In this document: positions 1-10,209 of the stretch, one piece after another
Position numbering within the stretch: the stretch's first letter is position 1
Layout: every line of letters begins with the position of its first letter
Assembly: GCA_964411255.1 (NCBI GenBank)
Contig: CAYPKD010000001.1
Coordinates: 7,331-71,330 of the forward strand
Reading direction: 5' to 3'
DNA: 64,000 nt
Source of the DNA: an uncultured Gammaproteobacteria bacterium
GTDB taxonomy: Bacteria > Patescibacteriota > Patescibacteriia > UBA11705 > DATKZF01
Translations under genes and position numbers: made by a program
The notes under the pieces: model-generated
What the model saw: only the letters and a program-made list of their open reading frames with translations
Told to the model about the DNA's origin: nothing
Database searches by the model: none

Positions 1-1686
1 CTGCCTCATTAGATTTTCATTCTCATCCCATGGATTTTCTAATTGCCAGTAATTTGAATGGTCTAAATTAATTTTATCTAAAATATCTCTTTTAGCAAAA
101 GAAGAATTCCGTACTTCAATAGAATTCTCTGCCATGATCAAAAAATCTTTAACTTGCCTCTCAATATTTCTCTCTGTATTTGGTTCTAAATATAAATTTT
201 TTACTTCTGGCATCTCAGTGGCAATATTGTCATATCCTAATATTCTTGAAACTTCTTCAATCAAATCCTCCTTTATTGAAATGTCTCCGGTCGCCCTCCA
301 GGACGGCACCTGAACTTCCCACGCGCGTCTCTTATCTTTAACTTTAAATCCAAGGCTTTGTAAAATCCTTTCAACTGTTTTATCTTTTACTTCCTGGCCG
401 ATCCTTTTTAACAAAAAGTCCTTTGGCAGCTCAATTGGTCCTTGGTTTAATTTAAATTTCTCAAATCGTACAACATTACTTGCCACCTTTGCCTCTGGCT
501 GCGTTTTCATTATTAACTCAACAACCCTCTCTAATGCACAATGCGCATTTGTCGGATCAAGACTCTTTTCAAATCTCATTGAAGCTTCTGATCTTAATCC
601 AAGCTTGGTTGCTGTTCTTCGAATGTTTACTGGATCAAAATTTGCAGACTCAATAATAATTGAATCTGTTTTTTCAGAAATTTCTGAATTTTGCCCGCCC
701 ATAATTCCAGCTAAAGCTACCGCATCTTTTGAATCTGCAATCACCAACATTTCTTCGCCTAAAGTCCTTTGTTCACCATCCAGTGTGATTAATTTCTCTC
801 CAGGAGTGGCTAAACGAACGGTTATCTGATTATTTTTTAATTTTTTTGCGTCAAAGGCATGTATTGGCTGGCCCATTTCAAACAATACATAATTTGTAAT
901 ATCAACAATATTATTAATTGATTTTTGGCCAATGGATTGCAATGACTGCTTTAACCATTTTGGTGAAGGACCAACTTTTATATTATTTATTGCCACACCA
1001 TAATATGCTGGACAAAGCTTTGATTCCTTAACCTTTAGCTTTAAATCAATGGCCTTTTCTTCTTTCAGCTTGAAAGGCTTTATCTCCTCAAGCTTTTTAT
1101 CATAAAGCGCTCCCAATTCCCTGGCAATGCCATAATGAGACCAAAGATCAGGTCTATTTGTTAAAGACTTATTATCAATGTCTAAAACATAATCGTTAAC
1201 GCCCAAAGCCTCTGCCAAATTCTGGCCGACCTCAAGGTTTAGGTCAGACAAATTCAAAATATCGCCATTTTTATGATCAAATATTTCACCCAAGCCGATC
1301 TCATCAGCAGCGCAAATCATGCCAAAGCTTTTTTCTCCCCTAATTTTAGTTGGTTCAAGTTTAACTGGATCACCTTCACCATGCCATCGCACCATTGCGC
1401 CTGGGATGGCTAAAGCAATTAGCATACCCTGTTCTAAATTTGATCCACCGCAAACCACTCTGACAGTTTCTTTGCCCAAATCAACATCAGCTAATTTTAA
1501 TTTATCAGCATTTGGATGAGGGAACAGTTTTGTTACTTTCCCAACAAAAATATTTTCCAGTTGCTGGGCTAAATAATTAAGGCCTTCCACTTCCACAGTG
1601 GCCATGGTTAATTTATTTGCGATTTCCTTTGGCTCAATTTTTTCAAGATTAACGTATTTATTAAGCCAGTTAATTGAGATGTTCAT
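1..1686 (-). CDS. pheT: Phenylalanine--tRNA ligase beta subunit (C-terminus runs off window start)
   Basis: Reverse-strand translation from ATG at 1684-1686 gives MNISINWLNKYVNLEKIEP... (tRNA-binding N-domain start typical of PheT); long frame continues to position 1; pheS is nearby. Confidence 0.8.
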   Translation of the reverse strand, partial: MNISINWLNKYVNLEKIEPKEIANKLTMATVEVEGLNYLAQQLENIFVGKVTKLFPHPNADKLKLADVDLGKETVRVVCGGSNLEQGMLIALAIPGAMVRWHGEGDPVKLEPTKIRGEKSFGMICAADEIGLGEIFDHKNGDILNLSDLNLEVGQNLAEALGVNDYVLDIDNKSLTNRPDLWSHYGIARELGALYDKKLEEIKPFKLKEEKAIDLKLKVKESKLCPAYYGVAINNIKVGPSPKWLKQSLQSIGQKSINNIVDITNYVLFEMGQPIHAFDAKKLKNNQITVRLATPGEKLITLDGEQRTLGEEMLVIADSKDAVALAGIMGGQNSEISEKTDSIIIESANFDPVNIRRTATKLGLRSEASMRFEKSLDPTNAHCALERVVELIMKTQPEAKVASNVVRFEKFKLNQGPIELPKDFLLKRIGQEVKDKTVERILQSLGFKVKDKRRAWEVQVPSWRATGDISIKEDLIEEVSRILGYDNIATEMPEVKNLYLEPNTERNIERQVKDFLIMAENSIEVRNSSFAKRDILDKINLDHSNYWQLENPWDENENLMRQ

Positions 1687-1804
1687 ATTTTGAAAAGTTA
1701 AAGTTAGAGAAGTTAAAAAGGTAAAAATGTTACGAGGTTATGATGTTAAAATATTAAATGGTTATAAAATAATAGTTAAAAAAGGAAAAAATCAAAGGCC
1801 AAAA

Positions 1805-2902
1805 TCAGTAAATCCTGACCGAGGCACGAACCGCGTATTCGTAACTCCGAGCATGCGGACGGACACAATCCAGGTTCAACTGCCTACTGATCCGACCCCA
1901 ACGCGAAAAACAAACGCCGCCCGAGAATTTTAAATACCCTGCTAAATTCCAATTGGCTCTACCACTCCCATCCCAGTCATCGATTACCTTGTTATTCTTC
2001 TGCAAATAACACATGAAATAAGATAGCTCAGCTTCTGGCGTCATGCCGCTCTCTCCCGCGTATTGCTCGTCTTCTTTCATTTTTTCCAAATACTGCTCCG
2101 GCGTTTTATTCGCTTCCAATTGCTTTCTTCCGCCAACTTCTTTTCCCTTGCCTTCTGCTGGCAAATCCGATAAATCTTCTATAAACATTATGTCCCAGCC
2201 ATCTGTCTTTTCTATAATTTCCTTCTTGGTTTTTCCGCCGTGATTTTCCTGATCATACTTTTCTGGAAAATAAACTAAATCGCTATCTTCACCAATATCC
2301 ACTTCTCCCCCTTTATACTCTTCTGCCAGCCAAAAAGGCTGATCTTCATTCAATTCAAGCTCATCTCCGTTTGTCCCCTTTAATTTACCTTGTCTATGTT
2401 TTTTTAATATTAATTCCTTGGCTTTCTCGGCCATATCACTCAATTTCATACCAAACGGCACTAAAAGCAGTTGCGTAAAACCTTGTTCTTTCTTTTTTTC
2501 AACAAATTCTTTCTTGGCCTCAACTCGCTCTAAAATTTCTTCATAAGTCGGGATTCTCCTTGGTTGGCTATTTATATCTATAAATCCCAGTTCTCCGCTT
2601 GGTAATTTTTCAATCAGTCCGTTCTTTTTTAAAGTTTCTATCTGGTCTTCATATTGCTCTTTTAACTCAAAGGTCTTTTCACTTTCTTTTTTTCCCTTGA
2701 TTTTCAATAATTCATTTTTGTAATCTGTATACAAATCTAAAGCTTGCTGCAATTTCCCTGCCTTTTCCGCTGCCACTGCCTTATCTATAATCTTGCCTAA
2801 AAATTCCTTTTCTTCTGGGGTGAGTGGTACACGCTTAACCTCGCCTCGCCGCGGCCTGGCCATTTTTAATTGACTTTCTAATGATTGTGGTTTTTCTGTC
2901 AT
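1805..2902 (-). CDS. Hypothetical protein, paralog A of 28479..29588 (~85% identical over most of its length)
   Basis: 365-aa ORF; near-identical DNA blocks shared with 28700..29560; no recognisable motif; C-terminal ~40 codons GC-rich and diverged. Confidence 0.6.
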   Translation of the reverse strand: MTEKPQSLESQLKMARPRRGEVKRVPLTPEEKEFLGKIIDKAVAAEKAGKLQQALDLYTDYKNELLKIKGKKESEKTFELKEQYEDQIETLKKNGLIEKLPSGELGFIDINSQPRRIPTYEEILERVEAKKEFVEKKKEQGFTQLLLVPFGMKLSDMAEKAKELILKKHRQGKLKGTNGDELELNEDQPFWLAEEYKGGEVDIGEDSDLVYFPEKYDQENHGGKTKKEIIEKTDGWDIMFIEDLSDLPAEGKGKEVGGRKQLEANKTPEQYLEKMKEDEQYAGESGMTPEAELSYFMCYLQKNNKVIDDWDGSGRANWNLAGYLKFSGGVCFSRWGRISRQLNLDCVRPHARSYEYAVRASVRIY

Positions 2903-3128
2903 ACTGTAATGAGTAATGTGTAACGAGTAATTGGTAATTTAGAATTCAGCCGCTGCTTTGGGTTATATAGAACAATTTTGAGATTCCCAATCAAGTTGGG
3001 AATGACGTCCAGGACAGCGGCGAGCAGACATCTCGCATCTCACATTTCTCATTTCTAATTTTGATAACATGCTCCAGGTTATGTGCTCCATGCTCCATGA
3101 TACAGGATACAAGATTCAGGATTCAGGA

Positions 3129-3959
3129 TCATTGATGTAACCCGCTATCATTCCTCAATCTATCAATTTCATCTTTATAATCTTTATAATATTTCATTAA
3201 AAATGCGGTTACTTTTCCAATATTTGCTTTGGAAAAAACTGATTTTTTCAAATCCCATCCTTGGGCAAGGAATTTTTTCCTTTTTGCTTCAAATTTTTTA
3301 TTTTGCAACTGAGATGTGGGCATAGGCATGACCAAAAATTTATCTATCTGGTCATCTGCTTTTAATACCACTCCACCCTCTGGAATAAAATCAAAATTAT
3401 ATTCCTTTTTTAATCGTATTAATTCCTGATTTATTCTTTCTGAAATAATTTCTAAATTTTTATAAAAAGTTTCAATTTGTTTTTTTCCTCTTTTAGAAAA
3501 GATTCCCACTTTCACCTCATACATGCCGGTTATAAAAGCGACATTTTTTTCAGTATCTACCACTACTCCTAAATGATCTGGATTTTTAAACATCTTTCTC
3601 GGATCAAGCCCTAATATTTGAGGTCTTTGTAAACAATTCAATATAAAATTTCCTAAAACACTGTTTTCTTCTTCCCTATTCATCTCCTCATTAACCAATG
3701 ATTCAAATACACAACCGCGAAAAGTAACATATTCTTTGATCTGATTGAAAGAACTTTTTGGCATTTGTGCTAAAAGCTCTTCAGGATTAATATTTTCTAG
3801 AATTTCTTTTTTTCTTTCTAAAATGACAGAGTCAGGAGATTCTGATACTTTTTCACTAATCTCATGCCAGGATGCGTCTTTTACATCTTTAGAAAATTTA
3901 TCATATTCACGCATCCTTTTTGATTTTTGTTGTGGCATTCGAGGAGATGCTTCAAACAT
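3129..3959 (-). CDS. Hypothetical protein (276 aa)
   Basis: Long ORF between pheT and pheS; Lys/Glu-rich; no motif recognised. Confidence 0.5.
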   Translation of the reverse strand: MFEASPRMPQQKSKRMREYDKFSKDVKDASWHEISEKVSESPDSVILERKKEILENINPEELLAQMPKSSFNQIKEYVTFRGCVFESLVNEEMNREEENSVLGNFILNCLQRPQILGLDPRKMFKNPDHLGVVVDTEKNVAFITGMYEVKVGIFSKRGKKQIETFYKNLEIISERINQELIRLKKEYNFDFIPEGGVVLKADDQIDKFLVMPMPTSQLQNKKFEAKRKKFLAQGWDLKKSVFSKANIGKVTAFLMKYYKDYKDEIDRLRNDSGLHQ

Positions 3960-4063
3960 ATTTAATAGTTAGAAAAGTTAAAGAAGTTATGACATTACAA
4001 AGGCTAGAAAAAATTATTTCACTCGTCGCACTTGTCTTGCCTGTCTCACTCGTCTTGCTTTTA

Positions 4064-5092
4064 TCAAAACTGCTTCAAAAATCGTAAGTCAGCACTGTTA
4101 AAAAGTCTGATATCTTCAATTCCATAACGCATCATCACTAACCGAGTTAATCCCAAGCCGAAAGCAAAACCGCTCCATTCATTTGGATCAATCCCGCCAG
4201 CTTTCAAAACATTTGGATGAACCAAACCGCATGGCAAAACTTCAACCCATCCCGTATGCTTGCATACACTGCATCCAGAACCGCTGCAAATCAGGCATTT
4301 CATGTCTAATTCAAATCCTGGTTCAACAAAAGCAAAGAAACCAGGCCTCAATCGAATAGTAACGTCTTTTTTAAAAATACCTTTCATCAGCGTTTTCATT
4401 GTCGCTATCACATTGGCAATGGAAATATCTTTATCAATTACCAAACCTTCAAGCTGATCAAATGTATTTTCATGAGAAGCATCTAAAGCTTCGTATCTAA
4501 AAACTCGTCCAGGAATGATTGCCCGGAGCGGCGCGCCGTATTTTTGCATTGCCCGGACCTGAACAGAAGAAGTATGAGTTCTCAAAACCATTTTATCTTT
4601 GTCATTTTTTATATAAAAAGTATCCTGCATTTCACGAGCCGGATGATCTGCTGGTATATTGACTGCCTGGAAATTAAAATAATCTGATTCTAATTCCGGG
4701 CCGTCTAAAATCATAAAATTTAAACTTTTAAAAATATCCTCTAATTCATACTGAACCAAGGATATTGGGTGTAAATTACCTTTTTCTTTTTCAACTGGCA
4801 AAGAAATATCAATCCATTCCTTTTCTAATTTTCCCTCTACTTGCTTTATTTCCAGTTGCTGACGCTTATTCTCAATTAATTTAACTAAATCCACTTTAAT
4901 CTCATTAGCCAACTGGCCAACTTCTTTTTTCGCCTCTTTTGATAAATCCTTCAAAGATTTTAAAACCTTATTTAGCTCCCCTTCTTTTCTGCCTAAATAT
5001 TTTTTTTCTAAAGTTTGCAGATCAGTTAAATCCGGCACTTTTTCAAGCTCTGTTTTTATTTGCTTTTTAAGTTTTTTTAATTTTTCTTTCAT
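4064..5092 (-). CDS. pheS: Phenylalanine--tRNA ligase alpha subunit
   Basis: Class II aaRS motifs (FRPGFFAFVEPGFELD, GLGLTRLVMM); N-terminal coiled-coil. Confidence 0.9.
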   Translation of the reverse strand: MKEKLKKLKKQIKTELEKVPDLTDLQTLEKKYLGRKEGELNKVLKSLKDLSKEAKKEVGQLANEIKVDLVKLIENKRQQLEIKQVEGKLEKEWIDISLPVEKEKGNLHPISLVQYELEDIFKSLNFMILDGPELESDYFNFQAVNIPADHPAREMQDTFYIKNDKDKMVLRTHTSSVQVRAMQKYGAPLRAIIPGRVFRYEALDASHENTFDQLEGLVIDKDISIANVIATMKTLMKGIFKKDVTIRLRPGFFAFVEPGFELDMKCLICSGSGCSVCKHTGWVEVLPCGLVHPNVLKAGGIDPNEWSGFAFGLGLTRLVMMRYGIEDIRLFNSADLRFLKQF

Positions 5093-5160
5093 ATATTGTT
5101 AGATTAGTAGATTGATAGATTGGTATAAAAAGTAGATCGATAGAACTCTAAAATTATTAC

Positions 5161-6009
5161 TTATTTACCTATTAAACGTTTAGCTTTTTCTAAGGTGGCA
5201 AATTCAGCTTCGTCTAACGGTACTTCAACTGAGGTTGATCCGTTTTCTTTGTTGTCCAGTTTTACATCTATTGACCGTCGCAACACATGCCAGCCAACCA
5301 CATCGCCTTTACCCTGCCGAGTCTTTACTCTGGATCCAACTGGAGGAAATTTTTCAGACAAACTCTCATACAATTCCTTTTCATATGCCAGACAGCATTT
5401 CAATCTGCCGCAAAGACCTGACAGACGCTCTGATCCTCGGTGAGCGACCTGCTGCAAATCTGCCAGCTCTGAAGTTACATTTCCCAATTCCTTTAAAAAG
5501 GTTTTGCAGCAAACCGGCTGCCCGCAACAGCCAACATCACCCACCATCTTTGATTCGTCCCGAATTCCAAGCTGCTGCAATCGGATATTGGTCTTAAATA
5601 TTCTATTTAAGTCTTTTAATAAATCCCTAAAATCAACTCTGCCATCAGCAATAAAAGCAAAAGTTATACGCCCAAAATCAAGATGGATATGCACGTCAAC
5701 CAATTTTATTGGTAATTTATGCTTTTTTATTAATTGTTTGCAAACTCTTATTGCTTCTTTTTTCTTTTCTTTATTTTGAATAATACTATCTAAGTCCTGC
5801 TTGTCAGCTTTTCTCAAAACTTGTTTTATCTCTCCTAATTTTTTTTCATCCTCATCTGTCAATTCCTTTTTCTCCATAACCTTTCCTAAATCTAAACCAT
5901 GCTGTGTTTCTACCACAACATAATCATCAACATTCAGCTCAATCTTATTCGGATCAAAATAATAGACTTTATCCCAGGTGTTAAATTGTATGCCGACTAC
6001 TTTCTTCAT
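5161..6009 (-). CDS. ricT: PSP1 C-terminal domain protein (RicT/YaaT family)
   Basis: Cys cluster GCCGQPVCC ... LKCCLAYE characteristic of PSP1/YaaT. Confidence 0.75.
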   Translation of the reverse strand: MKKVVGIQFNTWDKVYYFDPNKIELNVDDYVVVETQHGLDLGKVMEKKELTDEDEKKLGEIKQVLRKADKQDLDSIIQNKEKKKEAIRVCKQLIKKHKLPIKLVDVHIHLDFGRITFAFIADGRVDFRDLLKDLNRIFKTNIRLQQLGIRDESKMVGDVGCCGQPVCCKTFLKELGNVTSELADLQQVAHRGSERLSGLCGRLKCCLAYEKELYESLSEKFPPVGSRVKTRQGKGDVVGWHVLRRSIDVKLDNKENGSTSVEVPLDEAEFATLEKAKRLIGK

Positions 6010-6110
6010 ATAAATAACCCGAATCCCCGAATGTATCCGAATGCCCCGAATATATATCTATTCATTCGTGTCATTTGGGGTATTCGAATAAAAAATTCGT
6101 ATCATTCGTA

Positions 6111-6698
6111 TTAAACCTCAAATCTTACAAAATTATCAATTTCAATCTTTTCTCCAATTTTAGCAATCTTTTCCTTAATCAAATCTTCAATGGTCAAGTC
6201 TTCGTCTTTTATAAAAGACTGCTTTAACAAACATACTTCCTCATACCATTTACTAAGCTTGCCTTCAACAATTTTATCAATCATATCTTCTGGCTTTGAT
6301 TCAGCTAAAAGCTGTTCCTTGTAAATTTCCTTTTCTTTATTCAAAACTTCTTCTGGTATATCTTCTGGTTTTAAATATAATGGATTAGTAGCGGCAATCT
6401 GCATTGCTAAATCTTTTGCCAGCGCCTGAAACTCTTCATTACGGGCTACAAAATCAGTTTCACAGTCTAATTCTACCATTGAACCTATTTTTTTATTTGG
6501 ATGAATATAAGAGTAAATAATGCCCTCTTTAGTTTCCCGTTCTGCTGACTTTTTTGCAGCCTTAAGCTCACCTTTTTTTCGAAGAACTTCCATTGCTTTA
6601 TCGACATCACCACCTGCTTCTTCTAAAGCATTCCTGCAGTCATTAATACCGCAGCCTGTTTGTTGCCGCAATTTCGCGACTTGTTGTAAGTCAACCAT
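6111..6698 (-). CDS. tsf: Elongation factor Ts (short form)
   Basis: N-terminal UBA-like MVDLQQVAKLRQQTGCGINDCRNALEEAGGDVDKAMEVLRKKG; EF-Ts dimerisation domain. Confidence 0.85.
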   Translation of the reverse strand: MVDLQQVAKLRQQTGCGINDCRNALEEAGGDVDKAMEVLRKKGELKAAKKSAERETKEGIIYSYIHPNKKIGSMVELDCETDFVARNEEFQALAKDLAMQIAATNPLYLKPEDIPEEVLNKEKEIYKEQLLAESKPEDMIDKIVEGKLSKWYEEVCLLKQSFIKDEDLTIEDLIKEKIAKIGEKIEIDNFVRFEV

Positions 6699-6788
6699 AT
6701 TAATATAGGTTATGAAGTTACGAGGTTACGAAGTTATGAAGTTACTAATATCATAACGTCGTAACGAATTTAACATCGTAACGCCAAA

Positions 6789-7508
6789 TTATTTTTTAGT
6801 TTTTTTGTCTTCTTTTGGTTTTTTAACCGTCTTCTTTCCTTCATTCACTGTCTCAGCTACTAGTTTTGAAATCATTTCAATTGATTTTGTAGCATCATCA
6901 TTTGCAGGGATAGGATATTTAGCGTTTTGTGGATTTATATTTGTGTCACAAATGCCAACCACAGAAACTCCGACTTTATTTGCTTCAACCACTGCAGTTT
7001 TTTCTTCTTTCATGTCTACAATAAAAATTACTTCAGGCAGCTTATCCATGTTTTCCAAGCCGCCAATAATCTTATCCAGTTTTTTTAATTCTCTTTCTTT
7101 TACCAACTTTTCTTTTTTAGTAAACTTTTTCCATTCACCTTTTTCATTCTCAGTTTTCATTCGCTGAAACTTTTTGATTAATTTCAAAATAGTGTGAGAA
7201 TTGGTAAATGTTCCGCCCAGCCAACGTTCAACAATAAACGGCATGCCGCATGACTTGGCTGCCTCGCGCACAATGTCTTTGGCTTGTGTTTTTGTGCCTA
7301 AAAAAAGAACTGTGCCGCCTTTTGCTACAGTTTCTTTAACAAAATTCAAAGCCTCCTCTATTTTTTTCTGAGTTGTTTCTAAATTAATAATATGCACACC
7401 GTTTCGATCCCCGTAGATATAGGGCTTCATTTTCGGGTGCCATTTTCCAGTCTGATGCCCAAAATGAACACCAGCCTTTAACATGTCTAAAAGACTTGGT
7501 ATTGTCAT
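6789..7508 (-). CDS. rpsB: 30S ribosomal protein S2
   Basis: MLKAGVHFGHQTGKWHPKMKPYIYG... conserved S2 N-terminus; Lys-rich tail. Confidence 0.9.
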   Translation of the reverse strand: MTIPSLLDMLKAGVHFGHQTGKWHPKMKPYIYGDRNGVHIINLETTQKKIEEALNFVKETVAKGGTVLFLGTKTQAKDIVREAAKSCGMPFIVERWLGGTFTNSHTILKLIKKFQRMKTENEKGEWKKFTKKEKLVKERELKKLDKIIGGLENMDKLPEVIFIVDMKEEKTAVVEANKVGVSVVGICDTNINPQNAKYPIPANDDATKSIEMISKLVAETVNEGKKTVKKPKEDKKTKK

Positions 7509-7776
7509 AAATTTTCCTTTTTTCCTCTACTTTTCCAATCAACACGCCCCTGCACGGGGAGGATGTGCTAATTTTAGCTAAAAAATGCTTAGAAAAGTAT
7601 GTGTGATCTTAATTATTTAAGTCATGGTCCATGATTTATGATACATGATTCATGATAAATAAAATATATCATATTTGTCTGAAATAAGCAAGATTATCAA
7701 ACAAAAAACCAGCAAAGTAGTTACCTCACTGGCTGAAAGTAAAAAGTCAGCTTTTGTTTATGGACAAAACATTATC

Positions 7777-8772
7777 TTATCCTTTATTAAACTCCCATTT
7801 CCAGCAAGCAGCAGCGCCTAGAGTTTTCTGAGGAAAATCAATCATATTTGAAATAAGTGCTAATCCTGTCTCTGAAAGCCACATTGCCACATGATTTCCT
7901 GGATTTAAAGCCAAATCGCACCAATGAACCCATTTTTCTGCTTTCTTTTCTCCAGTCAATTTAAATATAGTAAATATTGCCTGAGCAAATACAGCTGCAT
8001 TACAATGCTCAGCCCATTCACCCATTGCTCTCGATTGCGCGCAAAAACCTGCATATATTCCTTCTGGCCTAAAATTAATTAAATAATATCCTGCTTGAGG
8101 TTTTTTATTAATATCTTGCTTAAAAACTCTATACCCTGTCTTCAGCCACCAATCGGCCTTTTTATCATTATCAAAATTCGGCGGATTTCTTGGATCATTG
8201 CCAACCATTTTTCTCAGCTCTCGCAAACTCCAATCAAAAATATATACTAATCTCCAATCTGAATCAATTTTATTGCCAGCAGCACCTGATTCAATTGTTC
8301 TGAGAGTATAGTTGATTGGAATCCTGCCTTTTGGCAAATCATGTTCCCACGATTCAGCAGCTTTTTTTGCATTTATAATTTTATCTCTGCCAAGCAATTT
8401 AATAGCTTGCTTCATGGTAACTGGCTTAGCGAACCTATCAAATTGCTCTTGTATCTGCCCTGCTATAACACGAATATCCTCTTCTCTCATTTTTTGCAAA
8501 TATTTTAATTCTAATCCCAATTTTTCAAGAGCAGCTAAAGTTGCGCCTAATTGGCCAAATTCCATAGCTGGAAACAAATCTAAAGATGACTTGACGCTTT
8601 CATTTGCCAGTAAGTGCTGGCGAATAATATCTACCACTTTAAAAGCAAAATCATTATCTGATCTTACTTTGCGCCAATGTTCAAATTCAATGCCATGCCT
8701 TTCAAAAATTTTCAATAACTCTACAACCTGAAAAAGATTGATTGTCCAAAGACCCTGACTGCTTGTGCTCAT
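7777..8772 (-). CDS. Hypothetical protein (331 aa)
   Basis: Long ORF, no recognised motif. Confidence 0.45.
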   Translation of the reverse strand: MSTSSQGLWTINLFQVVELLKIFERHGIEFEHWRKVRSDNDFAFKVVDIIRQHLLANESVKSSLDLFPAMEFGQLGATLAALEKLGLELKYLQKMREEDIRVIAGQIQEQFDRFAKPVTMKQAIKLLGRDKIINAKKAAESWEHDLPKGRIPINYTLRTIESGAAGNKIDSDWRLVYIFDWSLRELRKMVGNDPRNPPNFDNDKKADWWLKTGYRVFKQDINKKPQAGYYLINFRPEGIYAGFCAQSRAMGEWAEHCNAAVFAQAIFTIFKLTGEKKAEKWVHWCDLALNPGNHVAMWLSETGLALISNMIDFPQKTLGAAACWKWEFNKG

Positions 8773-8989
8773 TGCACCCCCCTTTGATTTTCACCTTGTT
8801 GCCCATATGACAACTTTGACAAAAATCAATCTTCTGCCTGCTCCCTGCAAGCATGCTCTTATATTATTCGTCAAAAGAAATAAAGTCAAATAGGAATAAA
8901 TCATCTTGTACTATCTTGTACAATTAATCTCGCCTGTCCTGAGCGAGCGAGTCTTTACCAAGCGAGTCGAAGGGTATATCTTGTAATAC

Positions 8990-9030
8990 TAAAAAAGGAC
9001 GAAAATCTGATTTCGTCCTCAAAGTTTATT
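8990..9030 (-). terminator. Rho-independent terminator downstream of the GC-rich cassette
   Basis: Minus-strand hairpin GGACGAAATCAGATTTCGTCC followed by U-run. Confidence 0.45.
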
Positions 9031-9038
9031 TGCTTATT

Positions 9039-10154
9039 TTAATCAACTCCCAACGGAACTCTGACACTACCCAGAAATCCTTCTCGATCTCCTTCAGTGT
9101 CGCGTTTTGGTCCGTTCAGAATCTCACGAGCAATACCTTCGCTTACAAAATGGCAGACAATGACCGCAGCAGGTTCTTCTTCCCACTCGTCAAGCGACCT
9201 TTTGTCAAGCTCAAGGTCTTGCCTTACCCGAGCGCCAGCAGCCACACCCACTTGATCCATGTGCGCAGCAGATCTGGTGCGCCGAGCTTGGGCAGTAACT
9301 GATTTGGATCGTTTTTTCCCCATTAAAGCATGGCGCCTAACACCGCCAGATGATCTCAGGCCTAACCTGCGAAGCGGTGGACCGCCAAGATATTGCTCCC
9401 CAAAATCACGACTGCCCTTATCTGAGTCACCAAATAGAGAACATTTATATGTTGAATCCACTGAACTGCGAAAACGCGGCATCTCTCGACGCGGTTTTGG
9501 CTCTTTTGATCTGAAAAAGGCAAAGCCGAACGAAGGAACTCTGTCCCCACCCAGCACTGCAATTCCCACATCTTTTTTCAGCATTTCAGCCGTAAAGTAG
9601 AACTGCCTTACCTGGTCACCAACGCGGAATCCATCCCACCAAAGAATGTTTGGATGAGAAACGTAATTCTGCGCAGGCCACTTGAAATTGCATTCAGGGC
9701 AAAAACGCTCGCCTTCAAATGGGACACTGTGAATCGGACACTTTTCCCGATAATGCTCCAGCCGAAGCTTGTCCACTTTTTGGCCAGTAATCGGATTCAT
9801 GCCAGTGGTTGAAGGCACAATGGCTGCGAAAAATCCGCCATCATTATGCCGCCAGTCATACCACATACCAGGACCCTGGCCTTCATCGCTCATTGGCACA
9901 GGAATGAAATAGGCATCGCCTTTTTTGCTCCATTCACTGGGACAACCAGCGTATTTGTGAACTGGGTAAGCAGGGGCTACTACTCCAGGAGGCAGACCAT
10001 GAACCTGGTCTTTTTCTCCTTTTGAAGCCAGCCGCGGGGCAAACATGATCTTTGCATGATAACCTTCAGTTACCAGCTTGCCCGTTGCCTCAGGAAATTC
10101 CTGGCTGAACTGCCTGACCCATTGGATACATTCGTCGTGTGTCTTAAAATCCAT
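9039..10154 (-). CDS. Hypothetical protein, GC-rich (likely horizontally acquired)
   Basis: 371-aa ORF with much higher GC than flanks; GGAGG RBS 6 nt before ATG; CxxC-like CPIHSVPFEGERFCPEC; many spurious overlapping ORFs typical of high-GC coding. Confidence 0.55.
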   Translation of the reverse strand: MDFKTHDECIQWVRQFSQEFPEATGKLVTEGYHAKIMFAPRLASKGEKDQVHGLPPGVVAPAYPVHKYAGCPSEWSKKGDAYFIPVPMSDEGQGPGMWYDWRHNDGGFFAAIVPSTTGMNPITGQKVDKLRLEHYREKCPIHSVPFEGERFCPECNFKWPAQNYVSHPNILWWDGFRVGDQVRQFYFTAEMLKKDVGIAVLGGDRVPSFGFAFFRSKEPKPRREMPRFRSSVDSTYKCSLFGDSDKGSRDFGEQYLGGPPLRRLGLRSSGGVRRHALMGKKRSKSVTAQARRTRSAAHMDQVGVAAGARVRQDLELDKRSLDEWEEEPAAVIVCHFVSEGIAREILNGPKRDTEGDREGFLGSVRVPLGVD

Positions 10155-10209
10155 TGATCCCTCCTTTGGGACTTGGGGCTCCTGACGGAGCCCCAGGCTC
10201 TAGTCTGAA

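Noticed and set aside
5195-5779. Plus-strand ORFs (82-120 aa) antisense to ricT
   Set aside because: Fully contained in a well-supported gene with no independent signals.
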